UHGV virus genome: UHGV-0351052
Strand: one strand, 5' to 3'
DNA: 64,000 bases
DNA from: a virus
Numbering within the stretch: the stretch's first letter is position 1; the number at the start of each line of letters is the position of its first letter. The notes under the pieces were generated by a model, which ran no database searches, was not told the DNA's origin, and saw only the letters and a program-made list of their open reading frames with translations. Positions 50,287 through 61,395 of the stretch are shown in pieces. A program made the translations under genes and the position numbers.

Positions 50287-50573
50287 TAGAACCTCATCTG
50301 AAAACCGTGCGATTTAACATTACCGCCGCCAATATCAGAAATGTTAATTTCACGCGCAATTGAAGGGTCAATGTCAATTTCGCGATTGAGTTTAGTGATA
50401 GCTAAAGTATCACGCCCATTTACAGTACGAAACTCTAAAGGACAAACCACATCAACGTAGTTTTTAATCGATTCGCTAGTAGGTTGCAAATGTGCAGGAA
50501 GGTCTTTAGGCGACTTTGAGAAAACTACTTCGCAGAAGTTTTTACGGGTATCAAAATAAGTAGTCATAAACAT
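50286..50573 (-). CDS. Hypothetical protein
   Basis: 95-aa ORF. Confidence 0.55.
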   Translation of the reverse strand: MFMTTYFDTRKNFCEVVFSKSPKDLPAHLQPTSESIKNYVDVVCPLEFRTVNGRDTLAITKLNREIDIDPSIAREINISDIGGGNVKSHGFQMRF

Positions 50574-50614
50574 AACATTTTCCTCAGTAAGGGGCCAAAG
50601 CCCCTCATTTTATT

Positions 50615-50980
50615 TTAAATATCAAATTCATTAAGAACTACATCAAAGATTGCTTCAAGATGCTCAGGTTTGGCTTTGTTACTCAGAATATGACGAATCC
50701 AAGTTTTAACTAAGAGTTTACGATTAACACCATTCCAGCAAGGATGAGTCCCTAAATCGCGTTGACGAAAATCATCATCCAGAGCGATTTTAAAGTTGGA
50801 ACCTTCCATCGTGATTGAAACCGTGATGCCATTTTCAAATCGCATATAAACGTAATTAGGAGTCATATACTGTTCAATTTCGCATACTGATCCATTTTGA
50901 TGTTTCCAAAGGCAAATAGTATCAATAGAACCTGCAATACCATTAGAAACATATTTACGTTCAAAGTTGATGTAGTTCAT
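50615..50980 (-). CDS. Hypothetical protein
   Basis: 121-aa ORF. Confidence 0.55.
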   Translation of the reverse strand: MNYINFERKYVSNGIAGSIDTICLWKHQNGSVCEIEQYMTPNYVYMRFENGITVSITMEGSNFKIALDDDFRQRDLGTHPCWNGVNRKLLVKTWIRHILSNKAKPEHLEAIFDVVLNEFDI

Positions 50981-51048
50981 TTTTATTCTCCGGGATGTTT
51001 AATTGCGGTACAGGTATATAATATCATATTCTGTACCAAAGTAAACAA

Positions 51049-51381
51049 TTATTTTACTACTTTCCAGTGCTTCATGTCAAGTTTACCAACTTTTTTCATC
51101 TTCTCAATTAAGCGTTCGGCACGTTGGCGAGCTGTAACATAATGCCATTCACCTAATTCATTTTGTTCAATTTTTCCAACGATTACTGTATTCAATTCAT
51201 AAATCCAACCAGTAAAGAAATTATGAACTTGAATTGTAAAGGTGAAATCTGTTCCCATACCTTCTGCTGTTTCTACTTCAATAATATCACCTTCAACTGC
51301 CATTAAGAACCACATAGTTTCATCATATTTACCATTGAAGCATTTAGTTTTAACTGTAGCGTTCAGATTAATCGTTTTCAT
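51049..51381 (-). CDS. Hypothetical protein
   Basis: 110-aa ORF. Confidence 0.55.
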   Translation of the reverse strand: MKTINLNATVKTKCFNGKYDETMWFLMAVEGDIIEVETAEGMGTDFTFTIQVHNFFTGWIYELNTVIVGKIEQNELGEWHYVTARQRAERLIEKMKKVGKLDMKHWKVVK

Positions 51382-51460
51382 TTTATTCTCCTTTGTTTGT
51401 GTAAGATAATACTATCACAAAGGAACCATACTGTAAACAACTTTGTGCAATCTTTGGAAA

Positions 51461-51486
51461 ATAAAAAAGGACTCCCGAAGGAGTCC
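51461..51486 (-). terminator. Strong intrinsic terminator (minus strand): GGACUCC-UUCG-GGAGUCC + U6
   Basis: Perfect 7-bp stem, UUCG loop, followed by TTTTTTAT on minus strand. Confidence 0.8.
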
Positions 51487-51491
51487 TCAAC

Positions 51492-51668
51492 TTATGCTTT
51501 CTGCTTACCAAAACGAGAAGCATCATCTCGAAGAACCGCACGTGCTCGGCGCATGATCTTCTCAACAGTTTGATTGATACGAGAGTTCGACCCACGCTTG
51601 TAACCAGCGCGTTTAGAATCACCAACTTTCTTTTCAACTGCTTTCTTTGCTTTAGCTTGTTTTGCCAT
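51492..51668 (-). CDS. Small highly basic protein (Lys/Arg-rich)
   Basis: Track ORF 72 aa; internal start gives MAKQAKAKKAVEKKVGDSKRAGYKRGSNSRINQTVEKIMRRARAVLRDDASRFGKQKA. Confidence 0.5.
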   Translation of the reverse strand: MAKQAKAKKAVEKKVGDSKRAGYKRGSNSRINQTVEKIMRRARAVLRDDASRFGKQKA

Positions 51669-51912
51669 TATAAATTCTCTTTTAAATGAAAATGCAGGAC
51701 TTATTGGCATTGCCTGCGCAAGCCCTCAAGGGGAACATAGGTTTTTGGATATTTAACGACCAGGATAACCATAAACCCGTCATCATTCACATTCAAGAGG
51801 TACACCGTAAAACTGCCGGGGTCTTAAAACTATAATGATTCGCAAATCATTAATCAGACAGTTCGACGGCTCCTCGATTTAGCTCACACTAAGGCAGTGA
51901 ATCTCCAATGAA

Positions 51913-52161
51913 TTACTTCAGTGTTACCACAAAGTGACGAACTGCTTTTCGTGCAGCAGAAGCCAGAGGCTTAGCATATTTAAGTTCATCTTTTTCCTGA
52001 AGCTCAGCAGCTAATGCAGTTTGAGCAGGATTCAGATGTTTGAAATAACGCAGGATTTCAAGAGCTTCGGCTTCAACATCAATAGATGCGCCATAGTTTT
52101 CGTGACCATTATTCCATGCGTTTCGTTGCAGTTCAAGAGCGTGTTGTAATTGTTTAATCAT
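51913..52161 (-). CDS. rIII: rIII lysis-inhibition accessory protein
   Basis: 82 aa; size and position between 30.x array and gene 31 as in T4. Confidence 0.8.
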   Translation of the reverse strand: MIKQLQHALELQRNAWNNGHENYGASIDVEAEALEILRYFKHLNPAQTALAAELQEKDELKYAKPLASAARKAVRHFVVTLK

Positions 52162-52308
52162 TTAAAAATTCTCGTTAGAGATTAAAACTCGGTAGTCACG
52201 TTCTTCTGAATTTCATCTTCTTTCGACAGATCTCTCAGTTGTAGACTACCACGTAGAATTGTTCGGTTAACTTATTATTCCGACACCCAATTCATATTAT
52301 TATTTATA

Positions 52309-52644
52309 TCACTTATAAAGACACGGAATAGCTTTATAGTGACAGGTAACAAATTTTTGTTTAATTTCTTTTGGCTGCTTAAGACCCAGAGCTACAAAAG
52401 GATGCGGAACGTTTCGAATTTGACCAACTGGAAGAGAAGTCAAATCACCAACTTCGCAAAAACCTTCAGGAACATCAGGACCGACAGAGTGAACTACACA
52501 CAGTTCAGGAACTTCACCTTGAACACGTTTACCGATAATAAGTCCTGATTCTGTGACTTCTTCATCACCAGCCTGTGCAGGTTCAGAAACTAAAATAACA
52601 TATTCACCGACAGCACGAATTGGTAGCTGTTGTACTTCAGACAT
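52309..52644 (-). CDS. 31: Co-chaperonin gp31 (GroES analogue)
   Basis: 111 aa; begins [22 protein letters not shown]; matches T4 gp31. Confidence 0.9.
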
Positions 52645-52700
52645 CGTTTTTCCTTTTTGTTAACAGATGAATTAATAATAACAAATAATTCTTAAAGCAT

Positions 52701-53009
52701 TTATTTACCAATAAATTGAAGCAAATGCTCAACTTTCATACCATTAACGGAAATCAATTTGTCAATAGAAAAACCTCGCCATGCACCAAGCTCAACATCA
52801 AATACTGGAATCATATCCGTAGATTCTTTCCGAGTAGATTCAGTCAATTTACCAGTTTGCATGGTTGGCATAAAGTCTGCATCACGAGTACCTTTCATAA
52901 CACGAATAGTACCATCAGACTTTTCAAAAACTACGTTTGAAACACCCATGGACAATTTAGTTTTCAAAATTTCGCGAATTGCTACTTTTTGTTCAGTCGT
53001 CAGTTTCAT
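52701..53009 (-). CDS. Hypothetical protein (31.1-like)
   Basis: 102-aa ORF. Confidence 0.6.
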   Translation of the reverse strand: MKLTTEQKVAIREILKTKLSMGVSNVVFEKSDGTIRVMKGTRDADFMPTMQTGKLTESTRKESTDMIPVFDVELGAWRGFSIDKLISVNGMKVEHLLQFIGK

Positions 53010-53246
53010 TTATTTACCTATTACAGTTTTAATATGAGTTGTTCCACGTTCTTTAAGGGTGGAAAGTAATTTTTGGCATTTTTCTAAATCAGATTTCCAA
53101 CTATATGGTCTATCAATACTAGTCCAACCAGTTTTATAATACTGTTTCCATTTAGAGAAAAAATATTTCTTATACTCTACAGCAAATGAGATGTTCTCGT
53201 TAGAATAAGAACTAATTGCTGTGAGCTTTACCAAACGAAATTTCAT
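53010..53246 (-). CDS. Hypothetical protein (31.2-like)
   Basis: 78-aa ORF. Confidence 0.55.
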   Translation of the reverse strand: MKFRLVKLTAISSYSNENISFAVEYKKYFFSKWKQYYKTGWTSIDRPYSWKSDLEKCQKLLSTLKERGTTHIKTVIGK

Positions 53247-53827
53247 TATTCACCGCAGAATTCGTTGATATTTTTCCAGTTTAACTTATTCAAGTTTTTC
53301 TTAGGAACATTAAACACTTCAATACCTGCATTTCGCAGAATATCATCCCAACCAGGTTTATTTTTGTCGTATGTTTCACAATAAACCAGCTTTTTAATAC
53401 CAGATTGAGCTATCGCTTTTGCACAATCTGGGCAAGGAGAAAGTGTTACATACATAGTAGCACCTTCAATAGAAGAACCATTTCGTGCAGCAAACAAAAT
53501 TGCATTTAGTTCAGCATGAATTTCATTTTTAGACGACCATTCAGAGTGAGCGCTCCGGTGTTCTTTTGCCAAGACAAAACGATCAGTTGAACCAAATGAT
53601 ATGCATTCAGGCTTATGACTTTGAATGATAGTATGTTTAGGCTTATTCAACAACCAACCTTGCTCAGCAGCATAATCACAACAGTTCACACCCCCTGCGG
53701 GTGAACCATTATACCCAGTAGAAATAATACGTCCATTCTTTTCAATTACTGCTCCTACCTTCCAGGAGCAACACTTTGATTCTTGTGATACTAAATACGC
53801 AATTTGAAGTACTGTACTCGCTTTCAT
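53246..53827 (-). CDS. cd: dCMP deaminase
   Basis: 193 aa; zinc-binding deaminase motifs HAELNA and PCPDCA. Confidence 0.95.
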   Translation of the reverse strand: MKASTVLQIAYLVSQESKCCSWKVGAVIEKNGRIISTGYNGSPAGGVNCCDYAAEQGWLLNKPKHTIIQSHKPECISFGSTDRFVLAKEHRSAHSEWSSKNEIHAELNAILFAARNGSSIEGATMYVTLSPCPDCAKAIAQSGIKKLVYCETYDKNKPGWDDILRNAGIEVFNVPKKNLNKLNWKNINEFCGE

Positions 53828-54162
53828 TTCATAATCACCAGATAAGCAGATTTAGCAGTTTCAACACGATAAATTTCGTGACGAAGTTTAGTTATACTTT
53901 TAACAACAGAAGTAATTATATTCAGCCCATCTTTAAAGCGGTTTTTCTTATCAATAAAAACTGCGCCAGTCATCTTTTTGTGAAGCTCAACTGGATACTT
54001 CGTCACAATAATAGCATCATACACAGAAGGATGAATACTATTCACCAGAGTATCATTCATTAAAGTTATTCTAATGAACTTTGCTGTTTCAGAGTCAAGC
54101 GCTCTATGATCACCAGTATCGTTTTCAAGACAATTATCAATTATATCAGTTAAATTCATCAT
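53824..54162 (-). CDS. Hypothetical protein (cd.1-like)
   Basis: 112-aa ORF overlapping cd start. Confidence 0.6.
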   Translation of the reverse strand: MMNLTDIIDNCLENDTGDHRALDSETAKFIRITLMNDTLVNSIHPSVYDAIIVTKYPVELHKKMTGAVFIDKKNRFKDGLNIITSVVKSITKLRHEIYRVETAKSAYLVIMK

Positions 54163-54395
54163 AGTACGCCATACACCCTTTGTGCTTCAACTAATCCATC
54201 AAAATCCAATTTGAGATGTGTTATTTGATCGCCATCACCTGGATTCACAATTACTAATACTGAACGAGAAGTTTCGGTAATAACACGAACCGATGTTTCA
54301 GGAAATCGTTCAGAAACCTTATTTACCAATTCCTGAGCAAATAGTTTAACTTTTTCTTGGAATTCTTTAACAGTAATTGGTTTTTCGCTTAGCAT
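54159..54395 (-). CDS. Hypothetical protein (cd.2-like)
   Basis: 78-aa ORF. Confidence 0.55.
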   Translation of the reverse strand: MLSEKPITVKEFQEKVKLFAQELVNKVSERFPETSVRVITETSRSVLVIVNPGDGDQITHLKLDFDGLVEAQRVYGVL

Positions 54396-54559
54396 GTTGA
54401 TCCTAGCTCCTTACTTTCAACATTTTTAACTAATTTGACAGAAACTAATTCAGCATCTTGAGTAATCATTACCGGACCTTCTTCATACTCTTCAAGATAT
54501 TCTAGAGCTTTCTTTTTAGCTTCTTCCTTCGTATCAGTTTGAGCATAGATATAAAACAT
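54389..54559 (-). CDS. Possible small acidic ORF (56 aa), below the supplied track length cut-off
   Basis: Hand translation MFYIYAQTDTKEEAKKKALEYLEEYEEGPVMITQDAELVSVKLVKNVESKELGSTC; no clear SD; end overlaps downstream gene start. Confidence 0.3.
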   Translation of the reverse strand: MFYIYAQTDTKEEAKKKALEYLEEYEEGPVMITQDAELVSVKLVKNVESKELGSTC

Positions 54560-54576
54560 ACAACCAGTAATACCTA

Positions 54577-54918
54577 CTACTTTCCACTTAATTTCTTTAT
54601 CAGTTTTAATTTCAAATTTACTGACAGAATCATCTTTTTGAACTTCTTCGAAAAAAGAATATATTCTAACATATAAGCAATTGAAAATAACGGGCTATCT
54701 TTATAGGATTCGCCCATTACATCAATAGCTTTATACCAGCAGTCATCAATTTCGCGTTTAATGCTAATAACATTTTTCGCAGGATCTATTTTTACTTTAA
54801 ATGAATTTTCCCCAATAAACTGGGTGATTCGTTTATTAGCCCCGCAAGTTTCATTAAAAATATCTTTATATCCAGTTTTAAAGCGATAAACCTTATCTTC
54901 TTCAAACCATTCGCTCAT
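54577..54918 (-). CDS. Hypothetical protein (cd.4-like)
   Basis: 113-aa ORF. Confidence 0.55.
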   Translation of the reverse strand: MSEWFEEDKVYRFKTGYKDIFNETCGANKRITQFIGENSFKVKIDPAKNVISIKREIDDCWYKAIDVMGESYKDSPLFSIAYMLEYILFSKKFKKMILSVNLKLKLIKKLSGK

Positions 54919-54980
54919 TTCAATTTCCTCACTTGTTTTGGTAGAGCTATAATATCACAACTCTACCGTAAAGTAAACTA

Positions 54981-55256
54981 TTAAATCGCTTTGAATTCCG
55001 CAGTTTGAGATTCAAAACGAATGTCGCCTTTGATAACTAGCTCAGCATCAAGACCGAATACGACAATGATATGCGCTGACCCAGGATACAGTTGAATAAC
55101 AACAGAATCCACCTGGTCTGGAAGCAAAGTGTTTAATACATGAGTCACTTGAGCATGGATTCGAAGTTCGGCTGCGTTATCAAGCTTTTCAAACATATTA
55201 TTAGCGATAATTTGACTAAACACTACTTCTACGATTTTAGAATAAGTCGGAAACAT
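54981..55256 (-). CDS. Hypothetical protein (cd.5-like)
   Basis: 91-aa ORF. Confidence 0.55.
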   Translation of the reverse strand: MFPTYSKIVEVVFSQIIANNMFEKLDNAAELRIHAQVTHVLNTLLPDQVDSVVIQLYPGSAHIIVVFGLDAELVIKGDIRFESQTAEFKAI

Positions 55257-55320
55257 ATTTACCTCACATAATTTTCTTCAAGCCAATTAATAATATCCCA
55301 AGTTTCATGATGCTACGCCA

Positions 55321-56521
<1,201 letters not shown>

Positions 56522-56525
<4 letters not shown>

Positions 56526-56752
56526 TTATTTTTCTCAACCAATGATTGAATATAATCATGCAAGTCTTTAGATGCTTTACCCCACTTATTTTGATATTCA
56601 TTTTTGAGATTAGCACGTGATTGAGCTAATAAAACATCATTAGTTGGAGGTAAAGATTCTAACCGCTGAATCTGGCGTCCATAAATCATTGCAGCCATCT
56701 CGGATTCATAAATCAATCCTTTGAGATGTTCAAATTGATGCCATGAAATCAT
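56522..56752 (-). CDS. Hypothetical protein
   Basis: 76-aa ORF. Confidence 0.5.
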
Positions 56753-57048
56753 TTACATTTATCCTCTTTTAACTCTTGACGATAATAACATATCATAGTT
56801 TTCTGGTCATGTACATATCGTTTTACATCATTAAGCCAAATACGAAATTCCTGGGAATCTTCAAATGGCATACCGACCCAAGCTTTACCATCGATAACTT
56901 TAACTTGCCAAGATAGTTTAGCTTCATCATATGACTTTATTTGTACAGGCCAATTAGGATGAACTGTTTCTTTCTTTACTTCTAGAGGCTTTGTCGAACA
57001 ACCAACTAAAAGACCAATAGATAATATTACTGCTGATAGTTTAATCAT
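56749..57048 (-). CDS. Outer-membrane spanin-like lipoprotein (o-spanin candidate)
   Basis: 99 aa; signal peptide ending in lipobox LLVGC; follows the i-spanin candidate (separate, non-embedded arrangement). Confidence 0.65.
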   Translation of the reverse strand: MIKLSAVILSIGLLVGCSTKPLEVKKETVHPNWPVQIKSYDEAKLSWQVKVIDGKAWVGMPFEDSQEFRIWLNDVKRYVHDQKTMICYYRQELKEDKCK

Positions 57049-57398
57049 TTAGAAAGGTCCTGGATGTCTTCTGCGAACTTGTTGAAGGAGTTGTTGATTT
57101 GTTTTTCAACCAATCCTGGCTTATGAGCCACCACATCCGCCTTCTTTGCATCTTTGCGCAGTTTTTCATTTTCACGCTCAATAGCAGCAATTGCCTCACG
57201 ATTTTTATTATTCATCGCATCAATATAATTATACTGAATTCGCAAATTATTTAATGCTAAAGCGTTTTCATTGGCTGTTTTTGTAATTTCAGTAACTGAT
57301 GTTTCTAGTCTTTCTACCTTATTTTTTAAAATAATAGATGTTCCGCCAAATGCTATTACAAGTAATAGCAATCCAGCTGTAAAATTACTTACATGCAT
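57045..57398 (-). CDS. Inner-membrane spanin-like protein (i-spanin candidate)
   Basis: 117 aa; N-terminal TM segment FTAGLLLLVIAFGGTSIIL followed by helical charged periplasmic region. Confidence 0.65.
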   Translation of the reverse strand: MHVSNFTAGLLLLVIAFGGTSIILKNKVERLETSVTEITKTANENALALNNLRIQYNYIDAMNNKNREAIAAIERENEKLRKDAKKADVVAHKPGLVEKQINNSFNKFAEDIQDLSK

Positions 57399-57895
57399 AA
57401 AGTTTTAATAACCTCTATAATATCGTCTTGAGAAAGACCGTTAATTAAAATATGATGTTCAGCTGGAGATTTAGAAATTTTAAAGCATGCCTCAACATCT
57501 TCTGCCATATCCGATGCACTACGATTTGGATTACTAATACCAAGGCGGTGTTTTCCCGTCAAAGGATTAACGATGATATAGCATTTGCAGCTATTGATAT
57601 GAACATTAGGTTGAGTCTGATTAATGAACACTTCACAATCATACTTAGCGAGTTGATTTTCTAAAAAGACTTTCATCTCTTCAACCGCATCAGGAAGCAT
57701 ATCACGGGCTTTCTCAAGACGACGATTTCGATATTCTTTAATGGTCGTTTTCCGCTTGACTTGCTTAGCTAAATCTTTCTTAAGATCGGTGATATATCCA
57801 ACTCGACGATTTCCTTTGAATACAGAAATCCCATCTGTAGTATCACCGTATGCTTCAACGACCATTTCAGTAGTAATAAGTTGTAAATCCATCAT
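57389..57895 (-). CDS. alc: Alc, inhibitor of host transcription on cytosine-containing DNA
   Basis: 168-aa track ORF (start may be second Met, 167 aa); begins MMDLQLITTEMVVEAYGDTTDGISVFKG; position upstream of pseT cluster as in T4. Confidence 0.8.
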   Translation of the reverse strand: MMDLQLITTEMVVEAYGDTTDGISVFKGNRRVGYITDLKKDLAKQVKRKTTIKEYRNRRLEKARDMLPDAVEEMKVFLENQLAKYDCEVFINQTQPNVHINSCKCYIIVNPLTGKHRLGISNPNRSASDMAEDVEACFKISKSPAEHHILINGLSQDDIIEVIKTLCM

Positions 57896-57899
57896 AAAG

Positions 57900-57953
57900 T
57901 CCTCATGTTATGTCAGTAAGACTACTATAACACAACACGAGGGACTTGTAAAC
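57900..57953 (-). promoter_or_regulatory. 54-bp element, copy 2: early-promoter-like plus leader, identical to 42464-42517; upstream of alc
   Basis: Exact 54-bp identity with copy 1. Confidence 0.6.
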
Positions 57954-57956
57954 AGC

Positions 57957-59544
<1,588 letters not shown>

Positions 59545-59552
59545 AATAAAAT

Positions 59553-59566
59553 GGGCCTTGCGGCCC
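59553..59566 (-). terminator. GNRA hairpin (GGGCC-GCAA-GGCCC) plus T-rich tract between nrdB and denA
   Basis: Minus strand GGGCCGCAAGGCCC followed by ATTTTATTATG (denA start). Confidence 0.55.
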
Positions 59567-59571
59567 ACTCC

Positions 59572-60074
59572 TTAAAAGTATTTTTTAAAACTCATCATAA
59601 CTTTATCATCAACATCATTATCAATCTGTGCAACAAGGTAAGATGACAGTTCTACTTCTTGTGGCGCGGATTGAACATTATCAGAATTAAGATATTCACG
59701 AATCCAAGGATACGGATGTTTAACCGGAGCATCGGTAATTGGGCATGGAAGACCACACTGTTTCATACGAGATACAGTTAAGTAATCAATAAAGCTCCAC
59801 ATGCTATTTGTATTTAATCCAGGAACATCGCCATCTTTAAATAAATGAACTGCCCAATCTTTTTCTTGGCGGTTAACTTCCATGAAAATATCAACTGCTT
59901 CTTGTTCACACTCTTGAGCAATTTTAACCCATTCATCACCATCAGTGCCAAGTTGAAGTTGACGAATAATATATTGAGTGCCTTTAAGGTGAAGCTGCTC
60001 ATCACGTGCAATGAACTTCATAATCTTGGCATTACCTTCCATGATTTCCATGTTCTTATGGAAGTTAAAGGTAC
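59572..60074 (-). CDS. nrdB: Ribonucleotide reductase small subunit NrdB, exon 2
   Basis: Encodes ...MEIMEGNAKIMKFIARDEQLH... (R2 conserved region) to C-terminus; boundary inferred by restoring the conserved YVSFAC-TFNF junction; uncertain by a few nt. Confidence 0.8.
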
Positions 60075-60668
60075 CGTTATGTTCAATTGAGCTCGCTAAT
60101 TCTCAACCCGTTCTCTTATGAACTGCTACATATTACTATGCAGACCAGACTATATCACAATCCCAGAGGGATTCTCCCCATTTCGAGTCGCTTGACCCTA
60201 CGTCCGAAGACTAGTCGTTGAACCTTGCTTTGCAATTGTCGCCGTGCCATCGTTTATATGTTGATGGTGATAAATCTTTCTTATCACAATATGGACAATT
60301 CAATTGAATTCTATTTGGATTTAATTTGCATCTGTCATTATGTTTTAAATAAAATCCAGGACCTTTACCAATGTGACCGCAGAAATCACATGTGATTTCT
60401 TTTTGTGCAGGATGGGTCCCGTTCTTAACCATTTCTAATGTTTTTGCTGATGTTCTTTTCTTATGGTCTTCCATCAGAATCTTTAGGTATAGGTCCGTTA
60501 GCATCTATCCAAATTTTTCTATAGTTCAATTGTGCATCCTCTTAAAAGTATAATCATATTATACTAATTAAAGGTGCAAGCAAAACCTTGGCTGCTAGTT
60601 TTCCTATAAAGGACTTTCCAGCAATTAAAGGAGTTTTCGATAAACGTTACCGTTTAAAGGCGCATTTT
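60075..60668 (-). mobile_element. Group I self-splicing intron in nrdB (about 594 nt) carrying a degenerate endonuclease ORF
   Basis: Interrupts nrdB between exon 1 (ending ...YVSFA + U) and exon 2; exon 1 ends in U and intron ends in G as expected for group I; boundaries inferred by protein alignment, not by structure modelling. Confidence 0.75.
60211..60504 (-). CDS. Intron-encoded truncated endonuclease-like ORF (I-TevIII-like remnant with Cys-rich zinc-finger-like segment)
   Basis: 97 aa with CDFCGH...CPYCDK; lies wholly within the intron. Confidence 0.65.
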   Translation of the reverse strand: MLTDLYLKILMEDHKKRTSAKTLEMVKNGTHPAQKEITCDFCGHIGKGPGFYLKHNDRCKLNPNRIQLNCPYCDKKDLSPSTYKRWHGDNCKARFND

Positions 60669-61344
60669 ACGCAAAAGATACATAAAAACGAATAGCTTCT
60701 AAGGCATTAATAACGTGCAAACAGAGGTAAAGAGATTTCATTAAAGCACGTTTAGCTTCGGCTTCTTGTTTAATAGCTCGGTTTAAACGAAAGACAGCAT
60801 CAGGAGATTCTTTAGCTAGTTCTACAAATTCTTTAGCATTTTCCCATTCACGGGTTTTAATCAGAACATCATCATAATAGCGTCCAATAGATTCGGCTCG
60901 TTTCATGATTGCTTCATCTAATACAATCTCATCAAATACCTTTGACGGATCAGTATAAAGATTTCGCATGATATGTGTATATGAACGGCTGTGAATAGTT
61001 TCACTAAAAGTCCACGTAGCAACCCATGTATCAAGGCTTGGGTCTGAAATTAATGACATAAGTACAGCAGACGGCGCACGACCCTGAATGCTATCCAAAA
61101 GTGATTGATACTTCAGATTATTAGTAAAAATATTTTGCTGATACTGAGGAAGCTTATTAAACTGTGCAGCATCCATCATTAAGTTTACTTCTTCGGGACG
61201 CCAGAAAAAACTGATCTGTCGCTCAATGAGTTCTTCAAATACTCGATGTCGTTGAATATCATATCGAGCTAAACCTAATCCAGAACCAAAGAACATCGGT
61301 TCATTCAAAACATCAACTGGATTTGTATTAAAAACTGTGCTCAT
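60669..61344 (-). CDS. nrdB: Ribonucleotide reductase small subunit NrdB, exon 1
   Basis: Begins MSTVFNTNPVDVLNEPMFFGSG...; ends at conserved EAIRFYVSFA. Confidence 0.85.
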
Positions 61345-61395
61345 AATTTTTCCTCTTAGTTAATAGATAGTGACTCGTCCGTGAGTCAAATTATA

